DNA of 64,000 bases from Octopus vulgaris (lineage: Eukaryota): positions 37,076,001-37,140,000 of the forward strand of contig OX597819.1 in NCBI GenBank assembly GCA_951406725.2. Reading direction: 5' to 3'. Position 1 is the first letter of the stretch. Each line of letters begins with the position of its first letter. A model generated the notes under the pieces. That model saw nothing but the letters and a program-made list of their open reading frames with translations, was not told the DNA's origin and ran no database searches. Positions 13,229-26,261 of the stretch are shown here, piece after piece. The translations under genes and the position numbers were made by a program.

Positions 13229-13445
13229 ATTCAAAATGTGACCGCGTGTGTACCGTTGGCGATTTCTCTCCTCCGTCTTCCCTTCTCTGGATCTTTCCTT
13301 TTCCTATGTTTCTGACGAAGAGCTCCGCTCGAAACGTTAAACCCTCCTTCTTTCCTTCTTTCCTGCGCGTCCAATAATACTATACTTGTTCCACGTCCTC
13401 ACGTTGTTGTGTTTTCTCTTTGTCTTTTCATGTTTGGATTAACTA
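13229..13445 (+). mobile_element. Solo PLE-type terminal repeat with minimal hammerhead
   Basis: Closely similar copy at 34998-35205; both end in GGATTAAC(TA)n. Confidence 0.7.
13308..13342 (+). ncRNA. Minimal type I hammerhead motif
   Basis: GTTT-CTGACGA-A-GAGC-TCC-GCTC-GAAA-CG-TT-AAAC. Confidence 0.6.
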
Positions 13446-14704
13446 TATATATATTCGTGTGTATGTATACAATATATTTATGAACGTGATTGCGCGCGCG
13501 CGTGTGTTTTAAGTGCGCTGTATCATATAGTTTGAGTAATCAGTATTATGTCATATATTTCATACTGTATTCCCTGCATTATATATTCATACAAATTCCC
13601 TGCATTAAATATTTCTCATTATATGCTGTGTACATTTATATTTTGTTTGCTTTTATGCCATATAAAATATTTTATCGTTCATCTTTCTCATTTGAAGAAT
13701 TTAAGATTTAATATTCTTTAGCACAACAAACAGAGAAAATTGCAGAAGCAAATAATAAACGATATTTTATTATCAATAAAATGACAACTGTTTTATTTAT
13801 TTAGTTTCGCATAAAACGTGTTGTTGATTGCACCCATTGATTATTTATAATGAAAATAAAAACATTATATAAGGTTTACTTGTTCGATTATTTTCGAAAT
13901 ATTTAACAAAACTTAATTAAAAACGATGATCATTAATCGATCTGCTGTCAGTAATTGTAATTCGATCCACATTCCAAACATTTATGACTTAGGCTTCGTA
14001 CGAAGGCATTTCAGCAGGACCTTCCATTGTGGATTTCTTGAAAGTGCTGCGTGTTTCTGAAAGACTTTTCTACAGTAAGTGAGACATGCCGGAGTTTATA
14101 CCGATCTTTATGGCATTCAATGGCCCTGTCTCTTCTATTACCATCATTTAAATTCTCCGAGTATATGTCTCTGTAAACTACAAACTCATTACAAACGCAC
14201 TTCTATAATGAAAGCTTTCAATTAACGATTTATAACCGATGGAGTTAGAAGACAATCTGACATTATCAATTATTTTGCGTTTCCTTTAAAATTAAAATCT
14301 ATTATCAGTAGTTCATTCCCGCCATGTTGTATATGTGGACGATAATGGAATTTTAAAACTGAGAGGAATTACTTAAGTCTGTCAGGTGCTGAGCTAACAT
14401 CGGATTAATATTGTTAGGACGTAGGAAATACCATTATACGAAGAGAAAACTTTTCCGCATCTGTTCGCCAACATTTAAATTCAACAACACAATCTCTGTT
14501 TTCACTCAACACTTCCAGCCTGAAGTTTTCTAGGCTCTATTTATCGTTGCAGTTTCTTCCAATTTTTCCCCATATTCCTATTTATTGGAACACATACATT
14601 GGCGAAATAAATTCTTCAATAAATAATTATATACATTATGGTGAAATTTCGGTTCTGATATGTCAACATTAACAAGACTAGGCGTTGCTGTAATTGCTTT
14701 CATA

Positions 14705-14900
14705 ATTACACAAGGCTAGCAATTTTGAGGAAGGGGTAAATGGATTACATTGATCCCAGTGCTCAACTGACACTTATTTTATCGATTTCGCAAGGATGAA
14801 AGGGAAGGTCGATCTCGGCGAAACTTGAACTCAGAAAGTAAAGAGAGATGAAATGCCACTGAATATTTTGCTTGCTGTGCTAACGATTCTGCCAGCGTGG
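14705..14900 (-). mobile_element. SINE family A (decayed)
   Basis: CCCAGTGCTCAACTGACACTTATTTTATCG...AAGGATGAAAGG...TTGAACTCAGAA...GCTAACGATTCTGCCAGC. Confidence 0.75.
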
Positions 14901-15256
14901 AGCCATTGCCGCTGCGTGGAGCCATATCCTTCAACTATTACACTGTTATTCTATGCGCGTGCGTGTGTGAGTGCGCGTGTGTGTACATGTCTGGGTGTGA
15001 GTGTGTGAGTGTGTATATGTGTGTGTGCATGCATGCATGTGTGTGTGCGTGTGTGTGATGCGGTGTGTTATTTTCACTAGGTAAAGCTTCGCAGGGAATT
15101 CAAAGTTTCGTCTTAGTCGACTTCATCAGACATCCGACGAATGCGGCCAAATTGTACGTTGAAGCCACTATCAACCTTTTCCTTTCAAAATATTTATAAT
15201 ACTATCTAAATGTCTAAATGTACTGAATGATCAATGTTTGATTTATATATATATAC

Positions 15257-15289
<33 letters not shown>

Positions 15290-15409
15290 GAAAATAGTAA
15301 AAAGTGAAAAAACTACAGAAGGCTTGTTTTAAAAGGTTAAAGAATATATATTTGAGTCAATATGTCTGAAGAATATTATAAATTTTTTTCTTACAATGAC
15401 ATAGTTTAG

Positions 15410-15449
15410 AAGAAATGACCGGTTTCGCGTTCAGCTTTTCAAATTTCTT
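15410..15449 (-). ncRNA. Hammerhead ribozyme, U3-A8 core variant
   Basis: AAGAAAT-TTGAAAA-GC-TGAAC-GC-GAAA-CCGG-TC-ATTTCTT. Confidence 0.7.
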
Positions 15450-15847
15450 ACATCGTTATGTTTATGTTGAGAAGAGTTATCGTTATGTTTATGTTGAAAA
15501 GAGTTCTAGATAAGGGGAGGTAATAAGTGATTTCTTCCGGTGTAAGGGAGATAATCGCTTAAATTTTTTGGCCTTTCCTTTGGGGTGAATTTCTATGTAT
15601 AAGTATGTTGGAATGGTTAAGTCTGGGCTTGTACTTTTCAATGAAGAATGTTTCCTTGTTTAGTCTAATTTGTGTTGGTGTTCCGATAGCACATTGGTAA
15701 AATGGAAACATTAAAAATTGTGGTAGTAGTTGCTTTGCGCATTTCTCAATGTGCTCACTAAAAGGTATCATTCTGTTGTCCCCTTATCTAGAACTCTTTT
15801 CAACATAAACATAACGATAACTCTTCTCAACATAAACATAACGATGT

Positions 15848-15887
15848 AAGAAATTTGAAAAGCTGAACGCGAAACCGGTCATTTCTT
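15848..15887 (+). ncRNA. Hammerhead ribozyme, U3-A8 core variant (inverted copy)
   Basis: Identical to 15410-15449 on the opposite strand. Confidence 0.7.
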
Positions 15888-15902
15888 CTAAACTATGTCA
15901 TT

Positions 15903-16045
15903 GTAAGTGGCTTGCTTACGAACCACATGGTTCCGGGTTCAGTCCCACTACGTGGCACCTTGGGCAAGTGTCTTCTACTATAGACTCAGGCCGATCAAAG
16001 CTTTGAGAATGGATTTGGCAGACGGAAACTGAAAGAAGCCCGTCG

Positions 16046-16109
<64 letters not shown>

Positions 16110-16322
16110 CGTGTGTATATGTTTGTGTGTCTGTGAAAATCCCCCCAACATCGCTTGACAACCGATGCTAATGTGTTTACGTCCCCGTAACTTAGCAGTT
16201 CGGCAAAAGAGACCGATAGTACTAGGCTTACAAAGAATAAGTCCTGCGGTCGATTTGCTCGACTAAAGGCGTTGCTCCAGCATGGCCACAGTCAAATGAC
16301 TGAAACAAGGAAAGGAAAGGAA
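15903..16322 (+). mobile_element. CORE-like tRNA SINE with internal (TA)n(TG)n (family B), 5'-clipped
   Basis: GGTTCAGTCCC B box, GGCACCTTGGGCAAGTGTCTT CORE-like block, microsatellite centre, CCAGCATGGCCACAGTC...TGACTGAAAC 3' end. Confidence 0.85.
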
Positions 16323-16626
16323 AAGCATACAAGCATATAATAATAATAAGGTGCGACAAAAATATTTTTTCATCACAGTTTAGAGTTAATATTTTAGCGA
16401 TTCAGAAAAATACATTTTTTTAAAGAAAACCTAGAAAGTAAAAATATAATATAAAGTAATATATAAAAATATATAGGTATATAAAAATATAAAATATATA
16501 TATATATACATATAGGAGCATATAAAAAATATATAATATATATCATGTAAATAAAATAAAAGTTCATCGTTTAGAAATCTTATTAAAATAATTATTCAAG
16601 TAAAAGAAGCCTTATAGGGAACCATA

Positions 16627-16707
<81 letters not shown>

Positions 16708-17015
16708 TTCCCTTTTTAACTATAAGGCTTCTTTTACTTGAATAATTATTTTAATAAGATTTCTAAACGATGAACTTTTATTTTATTTACATGATATATA
16801 TTATATATTTTTTTATATGCTCCTATATGTATATATATATATTTTATATATTTTTATATACCTATATATTTTTATATATTACTTTATATTATATTTTTAC
16901 TTTCTAGGTTTTCTTTAAAAAAATGTATTTTTCTGAATCGCTAAAATATTAACTCTAAACTGTGATGAAAAAAATTTTTTGTCGCACCTTATTATTATTA
17001 TATGCTTGTATGCTT
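16323..17015. repeat. ~690-bp near-perfect palindrome centred on (TA)n
   Basis: Arms 16323-16623 and 16706-17015 are reverse complements apart from small indels. Confidence 0.92.
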
Positions 17016-18200
17016 GTACAGATTAATTATGTTCCATCTTGCGGGATTTTTATATGTATATTCTATGATTAAATGTTCGAATTATGAAATGATATGCGGA
17101 TGACCTTGCCTTTGTTTGTTCAATAACTTTAGTTTGATATATATATATATTCTAATCGATTAATTGTAAAGGTGCTTAGCCTGATGAGTTGATAAGGTAG
17201 TGATACTGCTTCCTGGGCTGGGTGTGTTGTTATCTCCTTGAGAAAGACGCAGTATATTGTTACTTCAACATACCAAATGCTGTATCTCTCACGCTTTCTC
17301 TCTCCACTTGTCACATCTGTGATGTTCTGCTGCGTTGCGAGGGAGGGAGAAGAGAGACAGTCTACGTCTGATCACGATATATAGGCACCTAAAACAGTTA
17401 TCAAAAGTATGTAGAATGTCACCAAACCATCCTCGCTGTACTTTTAATGCATGAGTTTCTTTTAGTTATTGAAGGCAATAGAAACACTCATGAATTATAC
17501 ATCGCTGAAATTGGCTGCTTGCAAAAGCGAATTCTCTTGTCTTTGCAGACTGTATAGTTATATCTGATAGTAGTAAAAACAATCGATATTTCAAATGCCA
17601 GTTCGGTATATTCTTTTGGCAACGTCTTTAAAACGTTGTCCGGCTGCTTCCCTTTTTTATCGTCTGCATATCTATAAGTAATCGAGAGACAGACTGTTAT
17701 AACGGAAACGTTCGAATTTGTTTCCCTTACTTGCCAGACCAGAGAATTATAAATAAACCTAAAATTTTTGCCAGTCACTATATTTAACCCACCTGGAGTT
17801 ATTTTTGATTTTAACAGCCGTCGAAATTATTAAATCACAGAATGATTTGATAATAAAGAAATTCATCACTTTATGCTCTTACACCTATAATAAATGGTGT
17901 AAGAAGAGAATAACTAAGTTAATTATAATTTTTATTGATGAAACTAATGTACAGATTTATCTTCTTACTGAGATATACAAATCTGTTTGAAACCTGTAAA
18001 GCTGAAGAAACAGAATATGGCCTACAATAGCGTATTTGTGCCCCATAGTTAAACAGACGTCTAAATTTAAACTACCACATCAAATATATGACAATATCGG
18101 TTAAAGCCAGCTAAATTTATATATTTCAGAAAATAGAAGTTTAATGTTTGATATTTCAGAACTAAATATCGCCTTACAGAGACGCGCGTATATAAGTATT

Positions 18201-19416
18201 CCAGAGTGATCTGAACAGTTCCTAGGTTGACTATGAAGGAGAGATGCTAGAGCTATGAAAACTTGCAAGCATTATTTTCGACCCTTCTTATTAATATCTA
18301 CATTGTTTCTTTCCATGGAAACTGATATCTAGCTGTTCAAAGAAGACTTCAAAAACAACTAGTAGCGATTTCCCTTGAAAATTGACAAAATTTGGCATCG
18401 TGATGCTATCAAATACCTGCAGAAGAAGGGCTTAAGCCCCAACGACATTCATACTGACATGCTTGCTACATTAGGGGGTGACACTCTAACTTTATCAAAA
18501 TGGAAAAGTCGCCAGTTGAATTTTGGATGGAAAGGAAGAGTCCTGAAGATGACACAAGTTCAGGATGTCTGCAACTGCCACCACTGAGGAAAACCTTAAT
18601 CGTGTTCATCACAAAGTAATGGGTGACATGCGATTCACTATAAATCAAATTGTCGATGTTATTAGCATATGTCGTGAGACAGTTGATAATATTCTGCACA
18701 ATGAACTGGCATGACGAAGGTTTCTGCTCGGTGAATGACAAGACTTCTGATCCCTGATCAAAAGCGCACAAGGCTGGTCACACTACTGAGAAAATCTGAC
18801 AGCGTTTGAGGCAGCTCCAGCTGGTTTTGTTGAACATTTCCTAACTCAGGATGAGTGTTGGGTTCACCACTTTGAACCAGCGACAAAGAGACAATCCATG
18901 CAGTAGAAACACTCCTCCTCACCTGCTCCACAGAAGGCCAAGGTTGTTTCATCAGTGGAGAAGATGGTGGCTTCAGTTTTGGAGGATCTCAAAAGCATTG
19001 TGTTAATTGACTATCTTCAAAATGGTGACACCATGAATGGGGAGTATTATGCCAACTTGCTAAAGCAGTAACAAAGGGTTATCAAGACTAAACGTACAAG
19101 GAAACTGAGGAAAAGAGTTCAGTTTCATCAGTGCTCCAGCACACAAGTCCTTGGTTTCAATTACTGCTCTACATGACTGAGGTTTTGAACTATTCTCCTG
19201 ATTTGGCTTCATCTGACTATCAGATGTTCAACATAAAAAAAAACTTGGCTGAGAATCAGTATCGCAGTGATGATGACGTCATATCTGCTGTTGATGATAC
19301 TTTTGAAGCAACAGGATGAAAGCTTCTTCCCCAATGGCATTCAAGCACTGTTGGTCACATTTCATGAGAACATCTTGGTCACTTGGTCAGCCTATAAATA
19401 TTTCAGCCGACCATCG
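18201..19416 (+). mobile_element. Near full-length decayed mariner (DD34D-type) transposon
   Basis: HRDAIKYLQKKG (HTH), FLTQDECWVHHFEP, YYANLL, YSPDLASSDY motifs with stops/frameshifts; degenerate TIRs. Confidence 0.9.
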
Positions 19417-20029
19417 TGTGTGTGTGTGTGTGCGTGTGTATACGGTGGTTGCTACTTCTTTACAGAACTCTGTATTCAGTAAGTTCCGTTGTGAAATCTC
19501 ATCACAGAAATGTGTCTGAATTAAAGTCAAATCCTGTTTACGAAGTGTTTGTGTGTCGAGATGGAACTTTTAGCATGGTTCCTTTGTGTTTCGAATACTT
19601 TAAAACCATCACAGACCACCTCTTTCCAAACCAATAGATTTCTGTCATCTGCTCCAAGGTGGCAATAGAGAGACAGACAGACGTTTTTTTTTGTTTTATC
19701 TCATGATCATTGTTACCATAGTCATGTGTTTTCATCCATTGTTTATGCTTTAAGCGCTCTATCGTGCCCATGTCTTTTCTATGTGTTCTTTTATTTTTGC
19801 ATAGGTACATGTATTTATTGTTAAAGACGTCATGAAATCGCATTCCAGCCTTTTCAGTCTTTTTAAAGAAACTCACAATTACAACAAATGCTCATTTGCT
19901 TTGATTCTGAATACATTATGCTGTGATATGTGTTCTTCCTTTGCATGATATGTCTTGTTGGGAAAAGTATATATTTCTTTGATTTTGCATTCATTTTTTC
20001 ATCGGGGAAAGGGTGCTATGTACACTGAG

Positions 20030-22348
20030 ATAATTTCTGATTTACAGCCTTGATAAGGAGAGTTCGTTTGAGAGGACTTAGTCCTCTATTTCCTGGCGGT
20101 CGAAGCATCTCGAGAGGTAGGTCTGAGCGTGTTTAAACCAACGAACACAATTTTCTGGACTGATAGAGTCGATGTTACGCCTTGCGACTTGTTGTATGGC
20201 ATGTGCTCACCATTCTTTCATGATCATGCCAGCTTCTACAGCTGCCCGGTCGCCAACCCTTTGCTGCAACTCAGCCCGAGCGAGGTCCCGCTTCACAGCC
20301 GCCTTCACGGCAGAATGCACCATTTCCGCACAATTAAGAAACAGCGAGTAGAGAGGCAGGAGTTTCAGACTGATACGTGTGTCGGCGTCAGCTGGGAACT
20401 GGGCAGGAACGTGTGGCCGCGCGTAGATCAAGTAGACAGATCCATCCGCTAGGAACATGTCGGCACACGCTGAAATTGTTTCGCAATAAGCCCTCGAAAG
20501 AGTTTCGTGTAAAGGTATCGTTCGCAATGGAGTGGTGAACCAGGACGATTTCTCCCGACACTGCGAAAGTGGCGTTGCAGTTTTTCCCACGTTGGCGGTT
20601 GACAACTCGGCGAACAGGAACGCCTCGAGGGGCTCGTCCAAAGGAGCGCCTGGTCTAAATGTACCCACAGACATCAATGAATACATAATGGCTGACGACT
20701 CCCTCTTCCATGAACTAATGTGCATATTCATAAGCGCTTTTCCGGAGCTCTTGAGGCATTTCTTGCATCTGGGACGTCTTCGGCCAACTTCATAGTCATC
20801 AACATCCTATCTAGAGCGCATGAGATTTTAGACACGGAAACAGGCGGCTTTTCAGTCAATGCTGTCTCTAAGTCAGCATTGACCGAAAGTCCCTCTTCAT
20901 CTGTTGAAGAGTTGCGAGTAGGTTAGCATCAACAATCACCTGGACCCTGGCTCGAATTTCCTCATCAACCTTAACGTGATGGGCACCTCCTCTGGGCAAC
21001 TTGAGGCAACTCCCAGACCGTAGGATGTCGCTACTATGGATCGGGCAGTACTTCTTTTTAATGCCAAGTGTGTCTGCCAGTTTCAGGTAATCGGTTTGAT
21101 GCCCCTCGAAGGCGTCAATCGGCCTTACCGTATCTTCGTCCGATATACGCATGTACCTTACGCGTGGCTCCATAATTAAAAGTTGGTGTAAAAGAAAGGC
21201 ATATAAAACGATACTGAAACCTATTTATTTACTACCCACAAGAGGCTACACACAGAGGGGACAAACAAAGACAGAGAAACGGATTAAATCGATTATATCG
21301 ACCTCAGTGCGTAACTGGTACTTAATTTATCGACCCCAAAAGGATGAAAGGCAATGTCGACCTCGGCAAAAGGAAGAAAGGCAAAGAACGTAGCGGCAGA
21401 CGAAATACCTATTTCTTTATTACCCACAAGGGGCTAAACACAGAGGGGACAAACAAGGACAGACATAGGTATTAAGTCGATTACATCGACCCCAATGCGT
21501 AACTGGTACTTAATTTATCGACCCCGAAAGGATGAAAGGCAAAGTCGACCTCGGCGGAATTTGAACTCACAACGTAACGCAGACGAAATACCGCTAAGTA
21601 TTTCGCCCGGCGTGCTAACGTTTCTGCCAGCTCGCCGCCTTCTTAAATACCTATTTCTTTACTACCCACAAGGGGCTAAACACAGAGAGGACAAACAAGG
21701 ACAAACAAACGGATTAAGTCGATTGCATCGACCCCAGTGCGTAACTGGTACTTATTTAATCGACCCCGAAAGGATGAAAGGCAAAGTCGACCTCGGCGGA
21801 TTTTAAACTCAGAACGTAACAGCAGACGAAATACGGCTACGCATTTCGACCGGCGTGCTAACGTTACTGCCAGCTCGCCGCTTATAAAATGATATTGATA
21901 CCGACCGGTTGCGAATGTTGCATGAAAAAGTCTTTCGTGGACAGAAGAATCACGAAATTTATTTCTCCCTCGTAGCTATAGCAACATAATAAACGTTGCA
22001 TGACAAAGCATGCCATTTAAGTTTCTCGTTTTTAACATTCACTTCTTACAATGTGATTAAAAACACACATGTAAAATTAGAACTAAATTGAATAAACTTA
22101 TTCCGGACTCGAATGCTCAATTGCGAATTTGAATACTCGAAAAGACCCTTCCTCGCATTCCGACTAATTTGAATACTTTCGACGGGCCTTTTAATTTGAA
22201 TAATGTAAATGCTAAATTCTTTGGCCGAAGTGCGAAACTGAATGATCGAAAATTGAATTTGAATGACTAATTTAATTTTTTTCGCAACTTTGAATGACCC
22301 GATTGTCAAATTGAATGACAAACGTACGAAGATGACTGCAAAAACCTA
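20030..22348 (-). mobile_element. Tc1/IS630-family transposase pseudogene with 5' subterminal repeats
   Basis: HTH with LPRGG...KV (20868-21173); HYVFIDVCGY; IYARPH and LPLYSLFLNCAE (decayed DNAxxH / LPPYSPxLNPIE); TTGAAT-rich repeats 22080-22320; matching second TIR not found. Confidence 0.7.
21219..21882 (-). mobile_element. Tandem trimer of SINE family A
   Basis: Three consecutive units (21219-21400, 21407-21640, 21644-21882); imperfect 19-bp flanking repeat TATAAAA(C/T)GATA(C/T)TGA(A/T)AC. Confidence 0.88.
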
Positions 22349-22367
22349 TATTATATATATATATATG

Positions 22368-22399
<32 letters not shown>

Positions 22400-22421
22400 T
22401 GTATGTATGTATGTATGTATG

Positions 22422-22489
<68 letters not shown>

Positions 22490-22662
22490 TAGATAGATAG
22501 ATAGATCAGAAATGGTAGGGTTGTGTTGACCGCACGTGGAGAAATGATAAGGAAGGAAAAATTGTAAAAATGCAGAATGCTAAATTGAAAGAAAATTTTA
22601 ATGCAAATGGGTGTATGGAAAAAAGTTTTTTGAAAAATTGACAAAATATATAAATATATATT

Positions 22663-22704
22663 AATTCAAACCGGTTTTCATCATAATGTGACTTTTCAAG
22701 AATT
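22663..22704 (-). ncRNA. Hammerhead ribozyme, U3-A8 core variant
   Basis: AATTC-TTGAAAA-GTCA-CATTA-TGAT-GAAA-ACCGGT-TT-GAATT in the PLE 3' terminal region. Confidence 0.7.
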
Positions 22705-23389
22705 GTAAAGGGAAAAAAATTTTTTTTAAAGTGAGAAAGGGGAAAAAAGAAAATTATATTGTTTTTTGCAAAAAAAAATAATAAATATGTACAAAAATTA
22801 AAAAACAAGTACTCCGATACATTGTGAAGTCTTTGTGTATCTTGAGTTTAATGATTGCTCACGAAAGAATTACCTTGAAGTATTAGGATCCAATGGGATT
22901 AAAGCCATGTGTTGTTTAGTTTAATTAAGGGTGTTGGCAAAACAGGAAGTAGTAGTAATTGTAGTTCTTCAGTGCCTGTGTTGTGAATAAGGGGAGACAA
23001 CTCTATGGGTTTTGAGCTCTTCAATTTGTGTTTATCAATTTTTTGTGATGAAGGGTGTTAATAAACCTTAAATTATAAAATTATCATTTTGGCTTCATTT
23101 GCATTATCTTTTTTATATAATTGTTTGCTAACTTAACATTCAGATTTTAACACTTTATATTATTTTCTAATTATATAAGTTTGCATAAACTAATTTATAA
23201 TTACATTTCAGATTGTTATGTCATATATAATAAAAATGATAGTAATAATAACAACAATAATAATAATGATATTTAAAGAATATAAGTTTTAGCTTGAAGT
23301 GATGAATGCATGGTATCCTTATATATTTGTGTTAGTCCATCCATGAAGAATGAGGTAGAAAAAGGAAGTATGATCAATGAGGAGTTTGC

Positions 23390-25213
23390 ATATTAAGTTG
23401 CGTTTTGAATTTTCAATAAAGAGATTCTCCTTGTTAATTCTCTCCTGTGTGGTGATCCCGTCTTTACATTGGTAGAAGGGGAATATGTAGAATTTGGGAT
23501 TTATGTCTTTAGCGCATGAGCCTATGTGGCCACTCAGTGGAATTTGTCGGTATTCCGGGAGATTTATTTGTTCTTTATGCACCGCTACTCGTTTACGTAA
23601 CGGGAGACTCGTTTGTCCAACATAATTATGTTGGCAACCAGCGCATGTGAGAACGTAGATAAGGTTTTCGGAGGAACAGGGGAAGTTAGTCTTGATTTTA
23701 AACTTCGTTCCTTGTTTGAAGATAAATTCAGAGCCTTCAAGTAGGAAGGGGCAGGTGCCACAGTTTGGGCGTGCACATTTTTTAACTGCTGGGGGTGGAT
23801 GTGGTGTGTGAAGTTTGGCATTTGTCAAGAGTTTTTTTTAAGATTTGTGTTGCCTTTTACATTTGAGGATTTTGTGTGTATTTATAATGTTTTTCATTTT
23901 TGGGTCTGTTGACAGTAGACTGAGGTTTTGTATGATTGTGGTGTATGCTTCGATATTTTTGGGGTTGTGGGTGGAAATGTATGGAAGTATTTTGGGGTTG
24001 TGTGTGGTGTTAGGCTGGGTGGTTTTCAGTGTAATGTTGTCTAGTTCTTTGGCGCGTTTTATTCCATACTCTATAAGGGTGGAGGGATATTGGCGTTGTA
24101 ATAGTGTTTTTTTGAGGTCTTGAAGGCGTATTTCTCGTGTTTTGGGATCCGAGACAATGGTGCATACCCTTTTAGCTAAGTTGAAAGGGATGTTTGTCTT
24201 GGTGTGTTTTGGGTGGCATGAACTAAAGAGGAGGTATTGTTGTGAGTCTGTAGGTTTGTGGTAGATGTCTGTTATGATTTCGTTCTTAGGTGTTTTTATA
24301 ATTAGGAGATCAAGGAAAGGGAGATGACGTTTGCTTAATTCCATAGTGAATTGGATGTTGGGATGTATGTTGTTCAGTATGGTTTTGAATTCCAGAAGGT
24401 TTTCATAAGGTTCTTTCCATATGATGAAACAATCATCCAAATACCTTTTTCAGTTTTCCATGAGGTAGGTGTGGAAAACATGTCCAAATTTCTGGCGTGA
24501 TATTTCATAGAGTGATAGTTCAAAGAAACCCATTATGAGGTTCGCAAAGACTGGTGCAGCCTTGGTACCCATCGCAATACCACATTTTTGACGGTAGTGT
24601 GTGTTCTCGAAGAGGAAAAAATTGTTTGTTGGAATGAACTTGAGTGATTCCGTAATGAAGGTCTTTTGAATGCGGCCATGGAATGACTCTGGGTGTTTTT
24701 CTAGCCAGAAATCAATTGCCTCAATACCATATTCATGTGGGATGTTGGTGTAGAGGTTGATGACATCAAAGGATACCAGGAGCGCCTCCTCGTTAACTGT
24801 TTTCGGGAGGTGTTTGAGCATGTCCAGATCATCCCTAATGAAACCTTTGATGTGGGTAAGGAAAGGATGTCTAGGAAATTACTCAGGCGGTGTGTTTCAC
24901 AGAAGGTGCCAGCCACGATGGGCCTTAGTTTTAAGTCCTCCGGTGCTTTGATGTTGTGGTGGATGTCAGAGGAGAGTTTGCAGGCTTCGGTGATGTATTT
25001 GTTTTTATGGATTTTAGGAAGGCCATAAAAAAGGCTGGGCTTGCATTTGAAATTGGTGATATAATCCCTTTCTTTTTCTGTGAGTCCCTGACCGTGTTGG
25101 AGTATGAGTGTGGTGAGGTTTCTTATTGTTTTTTGTTGTTTATAGTTGTTAATAATATCATAGAAAATGTTATTGTTTAGCATGGAAAGCACTAGGTGTT
25201 TATAAAACTCCGT

Positions 25214-25215
<2 letters not shown>
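23390..25215 (-). pseudogene. Penelope-like RT/GIY-YIG polyprotein, disrupted
   Basis: Split across ORFs 24701-25477, 24450-24821, 23838-24440, 23319-23828 by a frameshift (~24850) and in-frame stops (~24450, ~23838). Confidence 0.9.
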
Positions 25216-25306
<91 letters not shown>

Positions 25307-25346
25307 TATGTATGTATATATACATACATATATATATATGTATGTA

Positions 25347-25927
<581 letters not shown>

Positions 25928-25930
<3 letters not shown>

Positions 25931-26108
25931 AGAGTTCACGAAAAGAACAAAAGATGAAGACAGGTGGTTATAAAACAAGCAGATGTATTAGTATAACGCT
26001 CAGGAATAGAAAAAGTCTTTTACGATTCGAGCCGACACTCTTCTACAGAAAGGGACACAGAAAAAAACAAGGAGAGGAAAAAAATGTGTGTGGTTGCTAC
26101 CTATCTAT
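25928..26108 (-). mobile_element. Solo PLE-type terminal repeat with degenerate hammerhead (CTGTAGA core)
   Basis: Minus strand CTTT-CTGTAGA-A-GAGT-GTCG-GCTC-GAAT-CG-TA-AAAG; related partial copy at 30088-30190 (+). Confidence 0.55.
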
Positions 26109-26227
26109 CATATATATGTGTGTGTGTGTGTGTATGTGTGTGTGTGTGTATGTATGTATATATGTATATATATATTTGTATACATGTATATATATATACA
26201 CATATACATATATATAATATAATACAA

Positions 26228-26261
<34 letters not shown>

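Larger units (their letters stand above)
15290..15907 (-). mobile_element. Penelope-like 3' fragment (GIY-YIG C-terminus + pLTR) with inverted pLTR segment
   Basis: IPFSEHIEKCAKQLLPQFLMFPFYQC nearly identical to the ORF at 56575-57369; 15779-15907 is the exact reverse complement of 15390-15518. Confidence 0.9.
22506..25215 (-). mobile_element. 5'-truncated Penelope-like retroelement (RT + GIY-YIG endonuclease + pLTR)
   Basis: [65 protein letters not shown] motifs; bounded by microsatellites at both ends. Confidence 0.95.

Noticed and set aside
15095-15135. CTGATGA-A-GTC-loop-GAC-GAAA on the minus strand
   Set aside because: Stem II is good but stems I and III and the cleavage triplet are not; kept only as a weak remnant, not called as a feature
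17488-17778. 96-aa minus-strand ORF
   Set aside because: Non-ATG start, no recognisable motif, no clear exon boundaries
21219-21882. CRISPR-like or satellite array
   Set aside because: Eukaryotic context; units are SINE copies without unique spacers
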